Below, in pieces: positions 10,175 through 21,890 of a DNA stretch of 64,000 nt; position 1 is the stretch's first letter; each line of letters starts with the position of its first letter. The position numbers and the translations under genes were made by a program. The notes below the pieces were generated by a model that was given only the letters and a program-made list of their open reading frames with translations, was not told the origin of the DNA and did not search any database. This stretch comes from Candidatus Polarisedimenticolia bacterium (GTDB lineage: Bacteria; Acidobacteriota; Polarisedimenticolia; Gp22-AA2): contig JBOGOE010000229.1 in assembly GCA_050747445.1 (NCBI GenBank), positions 2,511-66,510 of the forward strand. Direction: 5' to 3'.

Positions 10175-11095
10175 CTACCGCGCGCCGGCGATCTGTCCCA
10201 CGATGCGCAGGGCGGTGCGCAGGGCGCGCACCCCTTCGGGAGCCTCGACGACCGGCGTGTCGCCGCCCCGCACGCGCCGGACGAACGCCCGCAGCTCGAC
10301 GGCGAGCGGTTCCTCACGTTCGACCGGGAGGGTTTCGCGGACGATCTCCGGCCGCCCCCCGGCGCGCCGCTCCAGGGAGTAGACGGTCGCCTCCTGCTGG
10401 GCGTAATCGAGCGACAGATAGGCGTTCGGCTCGAACACGCGGAGCTTGCGTACCCGATCGGTGCTGATCCGGCTGGCGGTCACGTTGGCGACGCACCCGT
10501 CGGCGAAACGCAGGCGGGCATTGGCGATGTCCACCTTGTCGGTCAGGGCGCTCACCCCCACGGCATCCACCGAGACCAGCTCGGAGGGGACCAGGCTCAG
10601 GATGACGTCCAGATCGTGGATCATCACGTCCAGGACGACGTCCACGTCGGTGCTCCGCCCGGGGAAGGCGCCCAGACGATGGGCCTCGATGAACCGGGGC
10701 CGGCGGATCCTCGCGGCAGCCGCGCGGACGACCGGATTGAATCTCTCCGTGTGCCCGACACACAGCAGTCGCCCCGCCCGGCGCGCCGCCTCCATCATCG
10801 ATTCCGCCTCCTCCAGGCTCGGGGCCATCGGCTTCTCCACGAGGACTGCCAGACCTCGACCGAGGAGTTCGCGCGTCACTGCGGCGTGCGCCGAGGTCGG
10901 CACCGCCACGGTGACCGCGTCGAGTTCGCGCGGCAGGTCGGCGTGGCCGGCCAGCGCCGGGACGCCGTGGCGCGCCCCGACCGCGGCCGCCCGATCCGGG
11001 GAGAGGTCCACCACGGCGCAGAGTCGCGCCTCCGGCAGGGTGGCGAGGATCCTGGCGTGGTGCTGTCCGAGGCTGCCGACTCCGACCACCGCCAC
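10175..11095 (-). CDS. Gfo/Idh/MocA family NAD-dependent oxidoreductase, GnnA-like by position after lpxA
   Basis: Rossmann N-terminus VRVAVVGVGSLGQHHARIL, EKP motif (VLVEKPMA), dimerisation domain. Start uncertain (GTG at 11093-11095 chosen); the ORF extends to 11548 but overlaps lpxA. Confidence 0.65.
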   Translation of the reverse strand: MAVVGVGSLGQHHARILATLPEARLCAVVDLSPDRAAAVGARHGVPALAGHADLPRELDAVTVAVPTSAHAAVTRELLGRGLAVLVEKPMAPSLEEAESMMEAARRAGRLLCVGHTERFNPVVRAAAARIRRPRFIEAHRLGAFPGRSTDVDVVLDVMIHDLDVILSLVPSELVSVDAVGVSALTDKVDIANARLRFADGCVANVTASRISTDRVRKLRVFEPNAYLSLDYAQQEATVYSLERRAGGRPEIVRETLPVEREEPLAVELRAFVRRVRGGDTPVVEAPEGVRALRTALRIVGQIAGAR

Positions 11096-11136
11096 GCGGA
11101 CCGGCGTGACACCGCCGGCCGGCGGCGCCGGAACGT

Positions 11137-11922
11137 TCAGCGGATCACCCCGCGCTCGCTGGTGCGCACGAAATCGGCGAGAATCCGGACCTCCTCCACG
11201 CTCCCGAGCTCCGCCTCGAGCCGCGCCAGGGCCTCCGGCTGCGCCAGACGGGAGCGGAACAGGACCCGATAGGCCTGTTTCAGCGCCGCGATGGTCGCGG
11301 CCGGCACCTGCCGGCGCTCCAGACCGATGACATTGATCCCGAAGCTCTTGGCCCGGTTGCCCACCGTCAGGACGTAGGGCAGGGCGTCCTGGGTCAGGAC
11401 CGAGTAGCCGCCGATGTAGGCGTGCCGGCCGACGCGGCAGAACTGGTGCACCCCGGAGAACGCGCCGACGGTCGCGGCGTCCTCGACCGTCACGTGCCCC
11501 GCCAGCGTCGCGGCATTGGCGAAGATGACGTGATTCCCGACCCGGCAATCGTGCGCCACGTGGGTCTGGGCCATGAGCAGGTTGTGCGACCCGATCCGGG
11601 TCACCCCGCCGCCGCCGGCCGTCCCGCGGTGCACCGTGACCCCTTCACGGAACACGTTGTCGTCGCCGACCTCGAGCGTCGTCTCCTCCCCGCGGAACTT
11701 CAGATCCTGCGGCGGCAGCCCGATGGCGGCGAACGGAAAGACCCGGCAGCGGGCCCCGAGCACCGACGGCCCCTCGATGACCGCGTGCGGCCCGACGATG
11801 CATTCCGCTCCCAGGATGACGCGCTCGCCGATGACGCTGAACGGGCCGACGACCGTCCCCTCTCCCAGACGCGCCCCGGGGTCGACGACGGCGGTGGGAT
11901 GGATCCGGGACGGGCCGCTCAC
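11137..11922 (-). CDS. lpxA: Acyl-ACP--UDP-N-acetylglucosamine O-acyltransferase
   Basis: Left-handed beta-helix hexapeptide repeats, [27 protein letters not shown]-terminal helical domain. 4-nt overlap with fabZ. Confidence 0.9.
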   Translation of the reverse strand: MSGPSRIHPTAVVDPGARLGEGTVVGPFSVIGERVILGAECIVGPHAVIEGPSVLGARCRVFPFAAIGLPPQDLKFRGEETTLEVGDDNVFREGVTVHRGTAGGGGVTRIGSHNLLMAQTHVAHDCRVGNHVIFANAATLAGHVTVEDAATVGAFSGVHQFCRVGRHAYIGGYSVLTQDALPYVLTVGNRAKSFGINVIGLERRQVPAATIAALKQAYRVLFRSRLAQPEALARLEAELGSVEEVRILADFVRTSERGVIR

Positions 11923-12401
11923 GGAGCCGGGTCGGGGGTCGTTCCCCCGCCATCGCGATCGACCATGGTGGAGAACAACTCGGCCTCGGCGACCAGATCG
12001 CTCCCGACGTAGGCGTGTCCCCGCAGCAGGGCCGAACGCGAGCGGAGCTTGAGGACCTCGACTTCGAGGCGCAGCTGGTCGCCGGGCGTGACCGGTCTGC
12101 GGAATCTGGCGCCGTCGATCCCGGCGAAGTAGACCAGCTTCGACCCGCGATCCGGGACCGCCCGGAGCAGCAGCACCGCCCCCGCCTGCGCCATCGCCTC
12201 GACGATCAGGACGCCGGGCATGACGGGGTGCCCCGGGAAATGTCCCTGGAAGTACGGCTCATTGACCGTGACATTCTTGATCCCCACGATCCGGCGCCCC
12301 TCCTCGATCGACACGATCCGGTCCACCAGGAGAAAGGGATAGCGGTGGGGCAGAATCGAAAGGATCTGCCGGATGTCCAGGTTGCCGCGGACCTCCTCCA
12401 T
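11919..12401 (-). CDS. fabZ: 3-hydroxyacyl-ACP dehydratase FabZ
   Basis: Hot-dog fold motifs [36 protein letters not shown]. Confidence 0.9.
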   Translation of the reverse strand: MEEVRGNLDIRQILSILPHRYPFLLVDRIVSIEEGRRIVGIKNVTVNEPYFQGHFPGHPVMPGVLIVEAMAQAGAVLLLRAVPDRGSKLVYFAGIDGARFRRPVTPGDQLRLEVEVLKLRSRSALLRGHAYVGSDLVAEAELFSTMVDRDGGGTTPDPAP

Positions 12402-12412
12402 CGTGCCTCCTC

Positions 12413-13510
12413 TCAGGATCGCGCCGGTGCCGCGCGCCGCGTGCGGCGGCCCGTCCGGGACCGGCGCCGCGGATGGTCCGCCACCGCACCGGCGCCGGAA
12501 GCATGGAGCGTCTCTTCCAGGCGGGCGAGACGCCGGAGCGCGTCGGGCAGCCGCCGCAGCGCCGCCTGCTGGCGCTTCCAGTCGCGGTGGTCCTCCGCGG
12601 GACAGCCCAGCACGTAGGCGCCGGGGGCCACGTCCTGGAGCGCCACGGACGTCGCTCCGACGACCGCTCCCTCGCCGATCTCGAGATGCCCGGAGGCGCC
12701 GGCCCGTCCCGCGAACACCACCCCCCGGCCGATCCGGGTGCTGCCGGCGATCCCGGTCTGCGCCACCAGCACCGCGTCCTCGCCGACCTGCACGTTGTGT
12801 CCGATCTGAACCAGGTTGTCGATCTTCGAACCGCGCCCGATGATCGTGCTGCCAAAGGTGGCGCGATCGATGGTCGCGCAGGCGCCGATCTCCACGTCGT
12901 CTCCGATCCGGACGTTGCCCGCCTGCGGGATCTTGGTGCGCTCCCCGCCTTCCTCGGCGAACCCGAATCCGTCCGCCCCGATGACGGCGTTGGCGTGGAC
13001 CACGACACGGGCGCCGAGTACCGACCGGCGGTAGACCACCACGCCCGGTCCAAGGCGGCTGTCAGGACCGATCGATACGCCGTCGCCGAGCACGACACCC
13101 GGAAGCAGGGCGGCGCGCTCCCCGAGGACGCACACCCGGCCCAGGACGACGAACGGTCCGACCGAAACATCAGCCCCCAGCCGGCATCCCGCCCCGATGA
13201 CGGCGAGAGGACTGATCCCCGGGGGGGACGGCTCCTCCCGGAAAAACAGGCCCATCGCGACCGCCAGCGCGCTGTACGGATTGCCGACGACGATGAGGTT
13301 GCGTCCGGGGAGGATGGCCGCGTCGCGCGCGATCAGGGCCCCCGCCCGCGACGCCTCAGCCGCACGGCGATAGCGCGGCAGCGCGATGAAGCTCAGGTCT
13401 CCGGGTCCGGCTTCGTCGAGCGGGCGGATCCCGGAGATGCGGACACCGGCATCGCCGTGCACGACCCCCTTGAGGCGGGTGGCGATCTCGCCGAGCGTGT
13501 AGGACTCCAA
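12413..13510 (-). CDS. lpxD: UDP-3-O-acylglucosamine N-acyltransferase
   Basis: N-terminal LpxD domain ([10 protein letters not shown]), extensive hexapeptide repeats, length 365 aa. Confidence 0.9.
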   Translation of the reverse strand: MESYTLGEIATRLKGVVHGDAGVRISGIRPLDEAGPGDLSFIALPRYRRAAEASRAGALIARDAAILPGRNLIVVGNPYSALAVAMGLFFREEPSPPGISPLAVIGAGCRLGADVSVGPFVVLGRVCVLGERAALLPGVVLGDGVSIGPDSRLGPGVVVYRRSVLGARVVVHANAVIGADGFGFAEEGGERTKIPQAGNVRIGDDVEIGACATIDRATFGSTIIGRGSKIDNLVQIGHNVQVGEDAVLVAQTGIAGSTRIGRGVVFAGRAGASGHLEIGEGAVVGATSVALQDVAPGAYVLGCPAEDHRDWKRQQAALRRLPDALRRLARLEETLHASGAGAVADHPRRRSRTGRRTRRAAPARS

Positions 13511-13530
13511 GCTCGATTCCTGGGGCCGCG

Positions 13531-14127
13531 TCAGTCCTTCGGCGGCTCCTTCGGCTTCTCCGGGGCCTTCTTCACCGGGGGCCTGGCGGCGCCGGATGCC
13601 GGGGCCTTGTGCATCTCGTTGAACTTCGCGATCAGATCCTGGGTGATGTCGATCTGCGGTGCGTTGTAGTCGATGACGCCCCGGTTGAGAATCAGCAGGA
13701 GGTTCTTCTCCTTGCCGAAGGTCTCGATCGTCTGCATCAGCATCTGCTGGAAGCGGCCCTGCACGTCGTTGAGCTGGAATTTCATCTCCTTTGTGGCGTC
13801 CTCCTCCATGCGGTCCCTCTCGGTCCGCTTGGCGAGGATCTCCTTCTGCATCTGGGTGATCTTCTCCTCGCTGAGGCTCGCCTGCTGCTGGCGCAGCCGA
13901 TCCATCATCCCTTCGAGCTCCTGGGACCTCTTGTCGATGTCACCCTGGAGCCGGTTGCGGGCGGCCGTCAGGTCGGTGTTGTACTTCTTGCCGACCTCGG
14001 TCAGCCTCCAGAGCTGTTCCGGATCGAAGACGGCGATGCGCGGAGCCTCGCCCTGGGCGAATGCCGCCGCCGCGCCGATCGCCAGTGCCATCGCGAGCGC
14101 CGGAGCGCCGATGAACCGTCGTGCCAT
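13531..14127 (-). CDS. skp: Periplasmic chaperone Skp/OmpH
   Basis: Signal peptide (MARRFIGAPALAMALAIGAAAAFAQ), coiled-coil-rich OmpH-like body. Start at internal ATG 14125-14127. Position between bamA and lpxD. Confidence 0.8.
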   Translation of the reverse strand: MARRFIGAPALAMALAIGAAAAFAQGEAPRIAVFDPEQLWRLTEVGKKYNTDLTAARNRLQGDIDKRSQELEGMMDRLRQQQASLSEEKITQMQKEILAKRTERDRMEEDATKEMKFQLNDVQGRFQQMLMQTIETFGKEKNLLLILNRGVIDYNAPQIDITQDLIAKFNEMHKAPASGAARPPVKKAPEKPKEPPKD

Positions 14128-14198
14128 GCGTTTCTCCTCCCCTCGCCGATGCAATCGTTGACTATACCACAGGCCCGCGGGGCCCCCGGACCCGCGGC

Positions 14199-17100
14199 TC
14201 AGAACGTCGAACCGATGCTGAAGATGAAATTGCTGGCGTCCTCTCCGGGACGCGGGTTCTGGATGAAGCCGTAGATCAGCCGCAACGGCGCCTGGAACAC
14301 CGGCAGGTGGAAGCGCATCTCCAGACCGTAATCGACCCGCATGTCGTCGAACGCGATCCTCTGCCCGTCGTCGAAGGCGTTCCCCGCATCATAGAACAGG
14401 GAGAACTCCACCGTGTCGGTCAGCGGGATGGTGTACTCGGCGTTGAGCAGCACGTACTGGTTGCCCCCCGGGAACACCGTGCCGAACACCCCGTCACCGT
14501 TGGTGTCCTCCCCCGCGTCGAGGACACAGTTGCCCCCGAGGGCGGATTCGAGCACCGGATTTTCCGGGTTGCCCGGGTCCGCGAGCTGGTTCCCGTCCAT
14601 GTTGGGATCATCGGGGGGGCAGAAAGGGGTCCAGACGCCGTCGAACAGGTCCTCCGCCGCATCCAGGGTCCCGTTGCCGTTGAGGTCCTCGGTATCGAGC
14701 GCGCCGTTCCCGTTTCCGTCTTCGCCCGGGTCGAGGACCCCGTTGCGATTCAGATCCTCTGTGTCGAGGGTGCCGTTGCCATTGAGATCCTCACGGGGGT
14801 CGAGGACCCCGTCGCCGTCGAGGTCCTCCGGAAAATCGATCCGTCCGTTTCCGTTGAGGTCCAGATCGCGGCGTGACGGGCTGACCTCGCGCGTGCGGAA
14901 GACGCGCAGGCTCCGCTCCCCTCCCAGATAGAACCGCTCGAAAAACGGGACGTCCCGGCCCCCCAGCGCGCGGACATACGAGTAGGACGCGTTGAGCCCT
15001 ATGTAATGCCGGCGCGCGAATCCCGGCAGGTAAAGCGTCCCCTCCACCCGCGGCTTGACGAACCAGTTGTCACCGCCCAGGAAGCTGCCGGCGTATTCCA
15101 GGGCGGTCTGGATCCGGTAGCCGCGCGTGGGGCGGAAATAGTTGTTGCGGGTGTCGATGGTGTAGATCGCGGTGAGGCTGCTGGTGGAGGTGGTCGTGCT
15201 CGACCCGAACCCCGCCTGGGTGGGCAGGAAGTCGACGGTTTCGTATCCGTACGCCACGTCGACCCGGCCGAAGTGACCCAGGAGGCGGCCGAGGACCAGA
15301 CTCCCGCCGCTGCCCAGGCGACGGAATCCGACGTAGTCGCTCTGACGGCGGAAGACGGAGAACCCCAGGGTCCACGGCTTGCCCAGAAACCACGGCTCGG
15401 TGAAGTTGATCGAGTACCGGTCGGCGCGCGAACCGGCCTGGAGGAACAGGGAGAAGATCTCGCCCCGACCCAGGAAGTTGCGGGTCGCGTAGGACGCCTG
15501 AAAGAAGCCCCCCTCGATCCCCGACACGCCGCCGCCGACCTGGATCTCGTTGCGGCTGGATTCGATCCCCTGGACCTCGATATCGACCCGATCGCTCCCG
15601 GGCTGTGGTTTCACGACCGGGTCCTGGCCGATCTGGAAATACCCGAGCTGGGCGATCTTCCTCACCCCGAGGCGCATCCGCCGGACGTTGAAGAGATCCT
15701 CCTCGTAGAGCGGCATCTCGCGCCGCAGGACGCCGTCGCGCGTCGTGGTATTCCCGGTGAACTCGATTCGATCCACGAAGTATTTGCGGTCCTCGGTGAT
15801 CGACAGCTTGAGATCGGCGCTGGTCTCGCGCCGGTTGATCTGCGGATCGATCGAGACGTAGAAGTAGCCGCGTTCCCCGTAGTCCTCCTCCAGGCGCTTG
15901 GCCCCGGCCTTCATCGCCGCCTCGTTGAACACGGACCCGCTGCGGAGCGGCATCCGGGCCATGATCTCGCGCGTGCTGAAGACCGTGTTTCCCTCCACCT
16001 CGATCTCCCCGACCCGGTACTGCGGACCCTCTTCGATGGGGACCGTCAGGTGGACGAACTTCCTGGCGCCCCGGGCCTCTTTGCGGCGCGCCTCGAGCTC
16101 GGCTTTGACCCTTTTGCGGCGCTGTTTTTCGGTCTCGCCGGGGGGCGGCGCCGTCGGCGCCGGTGGTTCCCAGAAGGCATCCTCGGGCTCTTCCGCGTCG
16201 GCGGCGGGCGGTTCGCCGTGCCGCCGTTTCTTGCCCTTCGCCGTCAGGACCTCGACGATCTCCGGCTGGACCTTCACGTCGAGATACCCGCCGCTCCGGT
16301 AGGCGGCCCGGATCCCCTCGGCGTCCTGGTCGAACTTGGCGGGGTGGTACAGGTTCTTCGACGAGGCCCACGAGGTGAGCCAGAAGGCCTGCTTCGTCAG
16401 CTTCAGCATCTTCCGGAGGCGGCGATCGTTGAAGACCGTGTTGCCGACGAACTCGATGCTCTTGATGCGCGTTTTCGAGCCCTCGCGGATGTAGAAGGTG
16501 ACGTCACGCTGACCCTGCCGGGAGGGGGTCAGGCGGGAGCGCACCCTGGCCTCGAGATAGCCCTTCTCGGCCAGCAGGTGCTCGATCGCCGACTCGGCCC
16601 GCTTGAGGACCGAGAAATCGATCGGCTGTCCGCGGCGCACGTCCGCCTTGGCCTGGTTGAGCCGCTCGAGGATGGTCGATTCGGTCACCGCCTTCATCCC
16701 CACGAAGGCGACCCCGGTCACCAGGGGCCGATCCTGGACATGAAAGATCAGATCCACGACCCCGGCCGACCTCTGGCGCGACTCGACGATCAGGTCGTCG
16801 AACAGCCCCAGCTCCCACAGGCGGCGGAACTCCTCCTGAAGCCCCCGCTCGTCGAACGGGTCTCCCGGCTTCAGATTCAGGTTGCTGAAGAAGGCGGCGT
16901 CCGAGACCCGTACGTTGCCGTCGACGAAGATCCTGCCGATCCGGCCCCCCCCGGCCGCCGTCGGGTCCTCCCCCTCCCCCGTCGCCGGCTCGGCCTCCCC
17001 GGCCGGCGGGTCCCCGGGCTCCGGCTCGACGGTCGCAGGTTGGGCGGACTCCGCCGCCTCCAGCTGCGGCTCGGGCGCCCGGGGCGGCGCCCCCTCCGAA

Positions 17101-17207
17101 GGGGGCGACTGCGCCCGGATCGGCCCGGCCAGCAGAAGGCCGAGGACGCCACCGGCGACGGCGAGCGCCGGCAGGCGGGGCGGACGGGGGTTGCGGAGTC
17201 GTTTCAC
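14199..17207 (-). CDS. bamA: Outer membrane protein assembly factor BamA, with large Asp/Asn/Gly-repeat insertion in extracellular loop 6
   Basis: POTRA repeats, conserved L6 motif FYLGGERSLRVF, C-terminal barrel strands ending ...FIFSIGSTF. GTG start at 17205-17207 gives a canonical signal peptide (VKRLRNPRPPRLPALAVAGGVLGLLLAGPIRAQS) and avoids overlap with clpC. Confidence 0.85.
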   Translation of the reverse strand: MKRLRNPRPPRLPALAVAGGVLGLLLAGPIRAQSPPSEGAPPRAPEPQLEAAESAQPATVEPEPGDPPAGEAEPATGEGEDPTAAGGGRIGRIFVDGNVRVSDAAFFSNLNLKPGDPFDERGLQEEFRRLWELGLFDDLIVESRQRSAGVVDLIFHVQDRPLVTGVAFVGMKAVTESTILERLNQAKADVRRGQPIDFSVLKRAESAIEHLLAEKGYLEARVRSRLTPSRQGQRDVTFYIREGSKTRIKSIEFVGNTVFNDRRLRKMLKLTKQAFWLTSWASSKNLYHPAKFDQDAEGIRAAYRSGGYLDVKVQPEIVEVLTAKGKKRRHGEPPAADAEEPEDAFWEPPAPTAPPPGETEKQRRKRVKAELEARRKEARGARKFVHLTVPIEEGPQYRVGEIEVEGNTVFSTREIMARMPLRSGSVFNEAAMKAGAKRLEEDYGERGYFYVSIDPQINRRETSADLKLSITEDRKYFVDRIEFTGNTTTRDGVLRREMPLYEEDLFNVRRMRLGVRKIAQLGYFQIGQDPVVKPQPGSDRVDIEVQGIESSRNEIQVGGGVSGIEGGFFQASYATRNFLGRGEIFSLFLQAGSRADRYSINFTEPWFLGKPWTLGFSVFRRQSDYVGFRRLGSGGSLVLGRLLGHFGRVDVAYGYETVDFLPTQAGFGSSTTTSTSSLTAIYTIDTRNNYFRPTRGYRIQTALEYAGSFLGGDNWFVKPRVEGTLYLPGFARRHYIGLNASYSYVRALGGRDVPFFERFYLGGERSLRVFRTREVSPSRRDLDLNGNGRIDFPEDLDGDGVLDPREDLNGNGTLDTEDLNRNGVLDPGEDGNGNGALDTEDLNGNGTLDAAEDLFDGVWTPFCPPDDPNMDGNQLADPGNPENPVLESALGGNCVLDAGEDTNGDGVFGTVFPGGNQYVLLNAEYTIPLTDTVEFSLFYDAGNAFDDGQRIAFDDMRVDYGLEMRFHLPVFQAPLRLIYGFIQNPRPGEDASNFIFSIGSTF

Positions 17208-17292
17208 CGGGGCTCCGGAGCGCCCTACGGCGTGCGCCGGGAGGTCCCGGTGTTCGGGAGCCGGGGCGGCCGCAATAGGCAGGAGGGCGGAT

Positions 17293-19716
<2,424 letters not shown>

Positions 19717-19723
19717 CACGCGG

Positions 19724-20452
19724 TCAGCGGGGAACCTCAGCGGTTCCGAGGGGGACATTGTAACGGCTGCCGTTCGGCTCGGTCAAGGAACCGTGTTCCA
19801 TTCGCAGGACCCGGCTGCAGCGACCGGCCAGCCTCTGGCTGTGGGTCACCAGGAGGGTGGTCATGCCGCGCCGCGCGTGCAGGTCGAGCAGGAGCTCGAA
19901 GACCGCATGGGCGTTGCGTTCGTCCAGGTTCCCGGTGGGCTCGTCGGCCAGGAGGAGCTGGGGGCCCCCGGAGAGGGCCCGGGCGATCGCCACCCGTTGC
20001 TGCTCGCCACCCGACAGCTCTCCCGGCCGCCGCTCCCGGACCTGGGCCAGCCCCAGCTCGTCCAGCAGCCCGGCGGCCCGCGCGGCCGCCCGGGCGCGCG
20101 GCTCGCCCCGGATCAGAAGGGGCATCATGACGTTCTCCACGGCGGTGAATTCCGGGAGCAGGTGGTGGAACTGGAACACGAAGCCCAGCTCCCGGTTCCG
20201 GTACCAGGCCCGCTGGTCCGGGTCGCCGGCGGCGATGTCCCGTCCGCGGAACAGGATCTGACCGTCGTCGGGGCGCTCGATGGCGCCGACCAGGTGCAGG
20301 AGCGTGGTCTTGCCGGCCCCGGACTCCCCGAGGATGGCGACCATCTCCCCCCGCCCCACCTCCAGCCGCAGGTCCCGCAGGACCTCGACCTTCCGGTCGG
20401 GCGGCCCGAACGCCTTGGACACGCCCAGGCAGCGCAGGATCGGCTCGCTCAC
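19724..20452 (-). CDS. lolD: Lipoprotein-releasing system ATP-binding protein LolD-like ABC ATPase
   Basis: Walker A GESGAGKTT, signature LSGGEQQRVAIARAL, Walker B LLLADEPTGNLD. Adjacent to FtsX-like permease. Confidence 0.8.
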   Translation of the reverse strand: MSEPILRCLGVSKAFGPPDRKVEVLRDLRLEVGRGEMVAILGESGAGKTTLLHLVGAIERPDDGQILFRGRDIAAGDPDQRAWYRNRELGFVFQFHHLLPEFTAVENVMMPLLIRGEPRARAAARAAGLLDELGLAQVRERRPGELSGGEQQRVAIARALSGGPQLLLADEPTGNLDERNAHAVFELLLDLHARRGMTTLLVTHSQRLAGRCSRVLRMEHGSLTEPNGSRYNVPLGTAEVPR

Positions 20453-20456
20453 GGCC

Positions 20457-21698
20457 TCACTCGTAGCGCAACGCTTCGGAAGGGTCGAGGCGGGCGGCCC
20501 GCCAGGCGGGATAGAGGGTGGCCAGGAGCGAGACCCCCACGGTGAGGGTCGACACGACGACCACGTCCAGGAGCCGGACGTGGAACGGCACGTAGGGGAT
20601 GAAGTAGACGTCGACCGGCAGCGCCACCAGCCGGTACCGGTCGAGGAGCCAGGCGAGGGTGGTCCCCAGGGTCACGCCGAGGGTCGTGCCGAGAACGGCG
20701 ATGATCAGCCCCTGCAGGACGAACACCTTCCGGATCCCGCCGGGGGTCGCCCCCATCGCCAGGAGGACGCCGATGTCCCGCACCTTTTCCATGACCATCA
20801 GCACCAGAATCGACACGATATTGAGCGCCGCCACCAGCACGATGAGGCCGATGGCGATCGACATGCCGAGCTTCTCGAAGCGCAGCGCGGAGAAGAAGGT
20901 CCGGTTCATGCGGATCAGATCGGTGACGTAGTAGGAATCGCCGAGGGCCGTCTGGACCTCGCGGGCCGCCCGCTGAACCCCGCCGGGATCGTGGACCCGT
21001 GCCTCGACGGCGGTCGCCTGATCCTCGCCCAGCCCGACGAGACGGCGCGCCGCGTCGAGGGAGACGTAGGCCCTGCTGTTGTCGTAGTCGTAGAAGCCGG
21101 CATCCGACAACCCCGCGACTTCGAATTCGCGGCTGCGCGGAACGGCAAAAAAAGGGGAGACATCGGCCTGCGCGATCAGGATCCGGACGACGTCGCCCGG
21201 ACCGACACCGAGGTTGGACGCCAGATCCTTTCCGAGGATCACCCGTTCGCGGCCGCGCTCCCCGGGACGCAGCAGCGTCTCCAGCCGCCCCCCGACCTGC
21301 GCCGCGACCTCGGTGACCAGGGGATCGAGCCCCGGATCGATCCCCTTGATCAGGACGGCCGCCCCGGCGGCGTTGAGGGAGCTGACCGCCATCCCTTTCT
21401 CGTAGACCACGGGAGACGCCGCGCGAACCGGGTCCAGTGATTGGAGGCGCGCGGTCAACCGGCCGATCCCGTCGATGGGGCGGCCCGACCAGCCCGAGAA
21501 GATGGTCAGGTGGGCGTTGGCCCCGAAGATTTTCGACTGGATCTTGTCCTGGAAACCGGTCATCAGGGCGAGGACCAGGATCAGGGCCCCGACCCCGACG
21601 ATCACCCCCAGCACCGAGATGGAGGAGATTACGTAGATGATCGCCTGCTTGCGCCGGGCCAGCAGGTAACGCGCGGCGATGAACAGCGGGTATCCCAT
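20457..21698 (-). CDS. LolC/LolE family lipoprotein-releasing ABC permease (FtsX-like)
   Basis: 413 aa, N-terminal TM, large periplasmic MacB-like domain, C-terminal FtsX 3-TM bundle. Confidence 0.8.
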   Translation of the reverse strand: MGYPLFIAARYLLARRKQAIIYVISSISVLGVIVGVGALILVLALMTGFQDKIQSKIFGANAHLTIFSGWSGRPIDGIGRLTARLQSLDPVRAASPVVYEKGMAVSSLNAAGAAVLIKGIDPGLDPLVTEVAAQVGGRLETLLRPGERGRERVILGKDLASNLGVGPGDVVRILIAQADVSPFFAVPRSREFEVAGLSDAGFYDYDNSRAYVSLDAARRLVGLGEDQATAVEARVHDPGGVQRAAREVQTALGDSYYVTDLIRMNRTFFSALRFEKLGMSIAIGLIVLVAALNIVSILVLMVMEKVRDIGVLLAMGATPGGIRKVFVLQGLIIAVLGTTLGVTLGTTLAWLLDRYRLVALPVDVYFIPYVPFHVRLLDVVVVSTLTVGVSLLATLYPAWRAARLDPSEALRYE

Positions 21699-21890
21699 GG
21701 AGGGCGGCCCGGCCGGCCCGAGCGGCGGGCGGCAGGAGGGGCAGGATGTTACCGCGCGCTCCCGGGGCGGTCAAGAAGGCGGCGACCCGCCGCGGTCGTT
21801 CGGGCGGGGCGCGGTGCCGTTGCCGAATCCTCGCCCTCCAGGGCCCGCCGGGAGACCGGGACGTGGGATAATCGGCCGCAGCGGACACCC

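Noticed and set aside
14457-14880. Tandem 36-39-nt repeats (and the 9-nt repeats at 57241-57360) as a possible CRISPR array or non-coding repeat
   Set aside because: The repeats are in-frame within bamA and tonB, encode D/N/G and GGV peptide repeats, have no unique spacers, and there are no cas genes.
21441-21890. N-terminal 150-codon extension of the VWA-protein ORF
   Set aside because: It is antisense to lolC/E, and the genuine signal peptide starts at ATG 21891.
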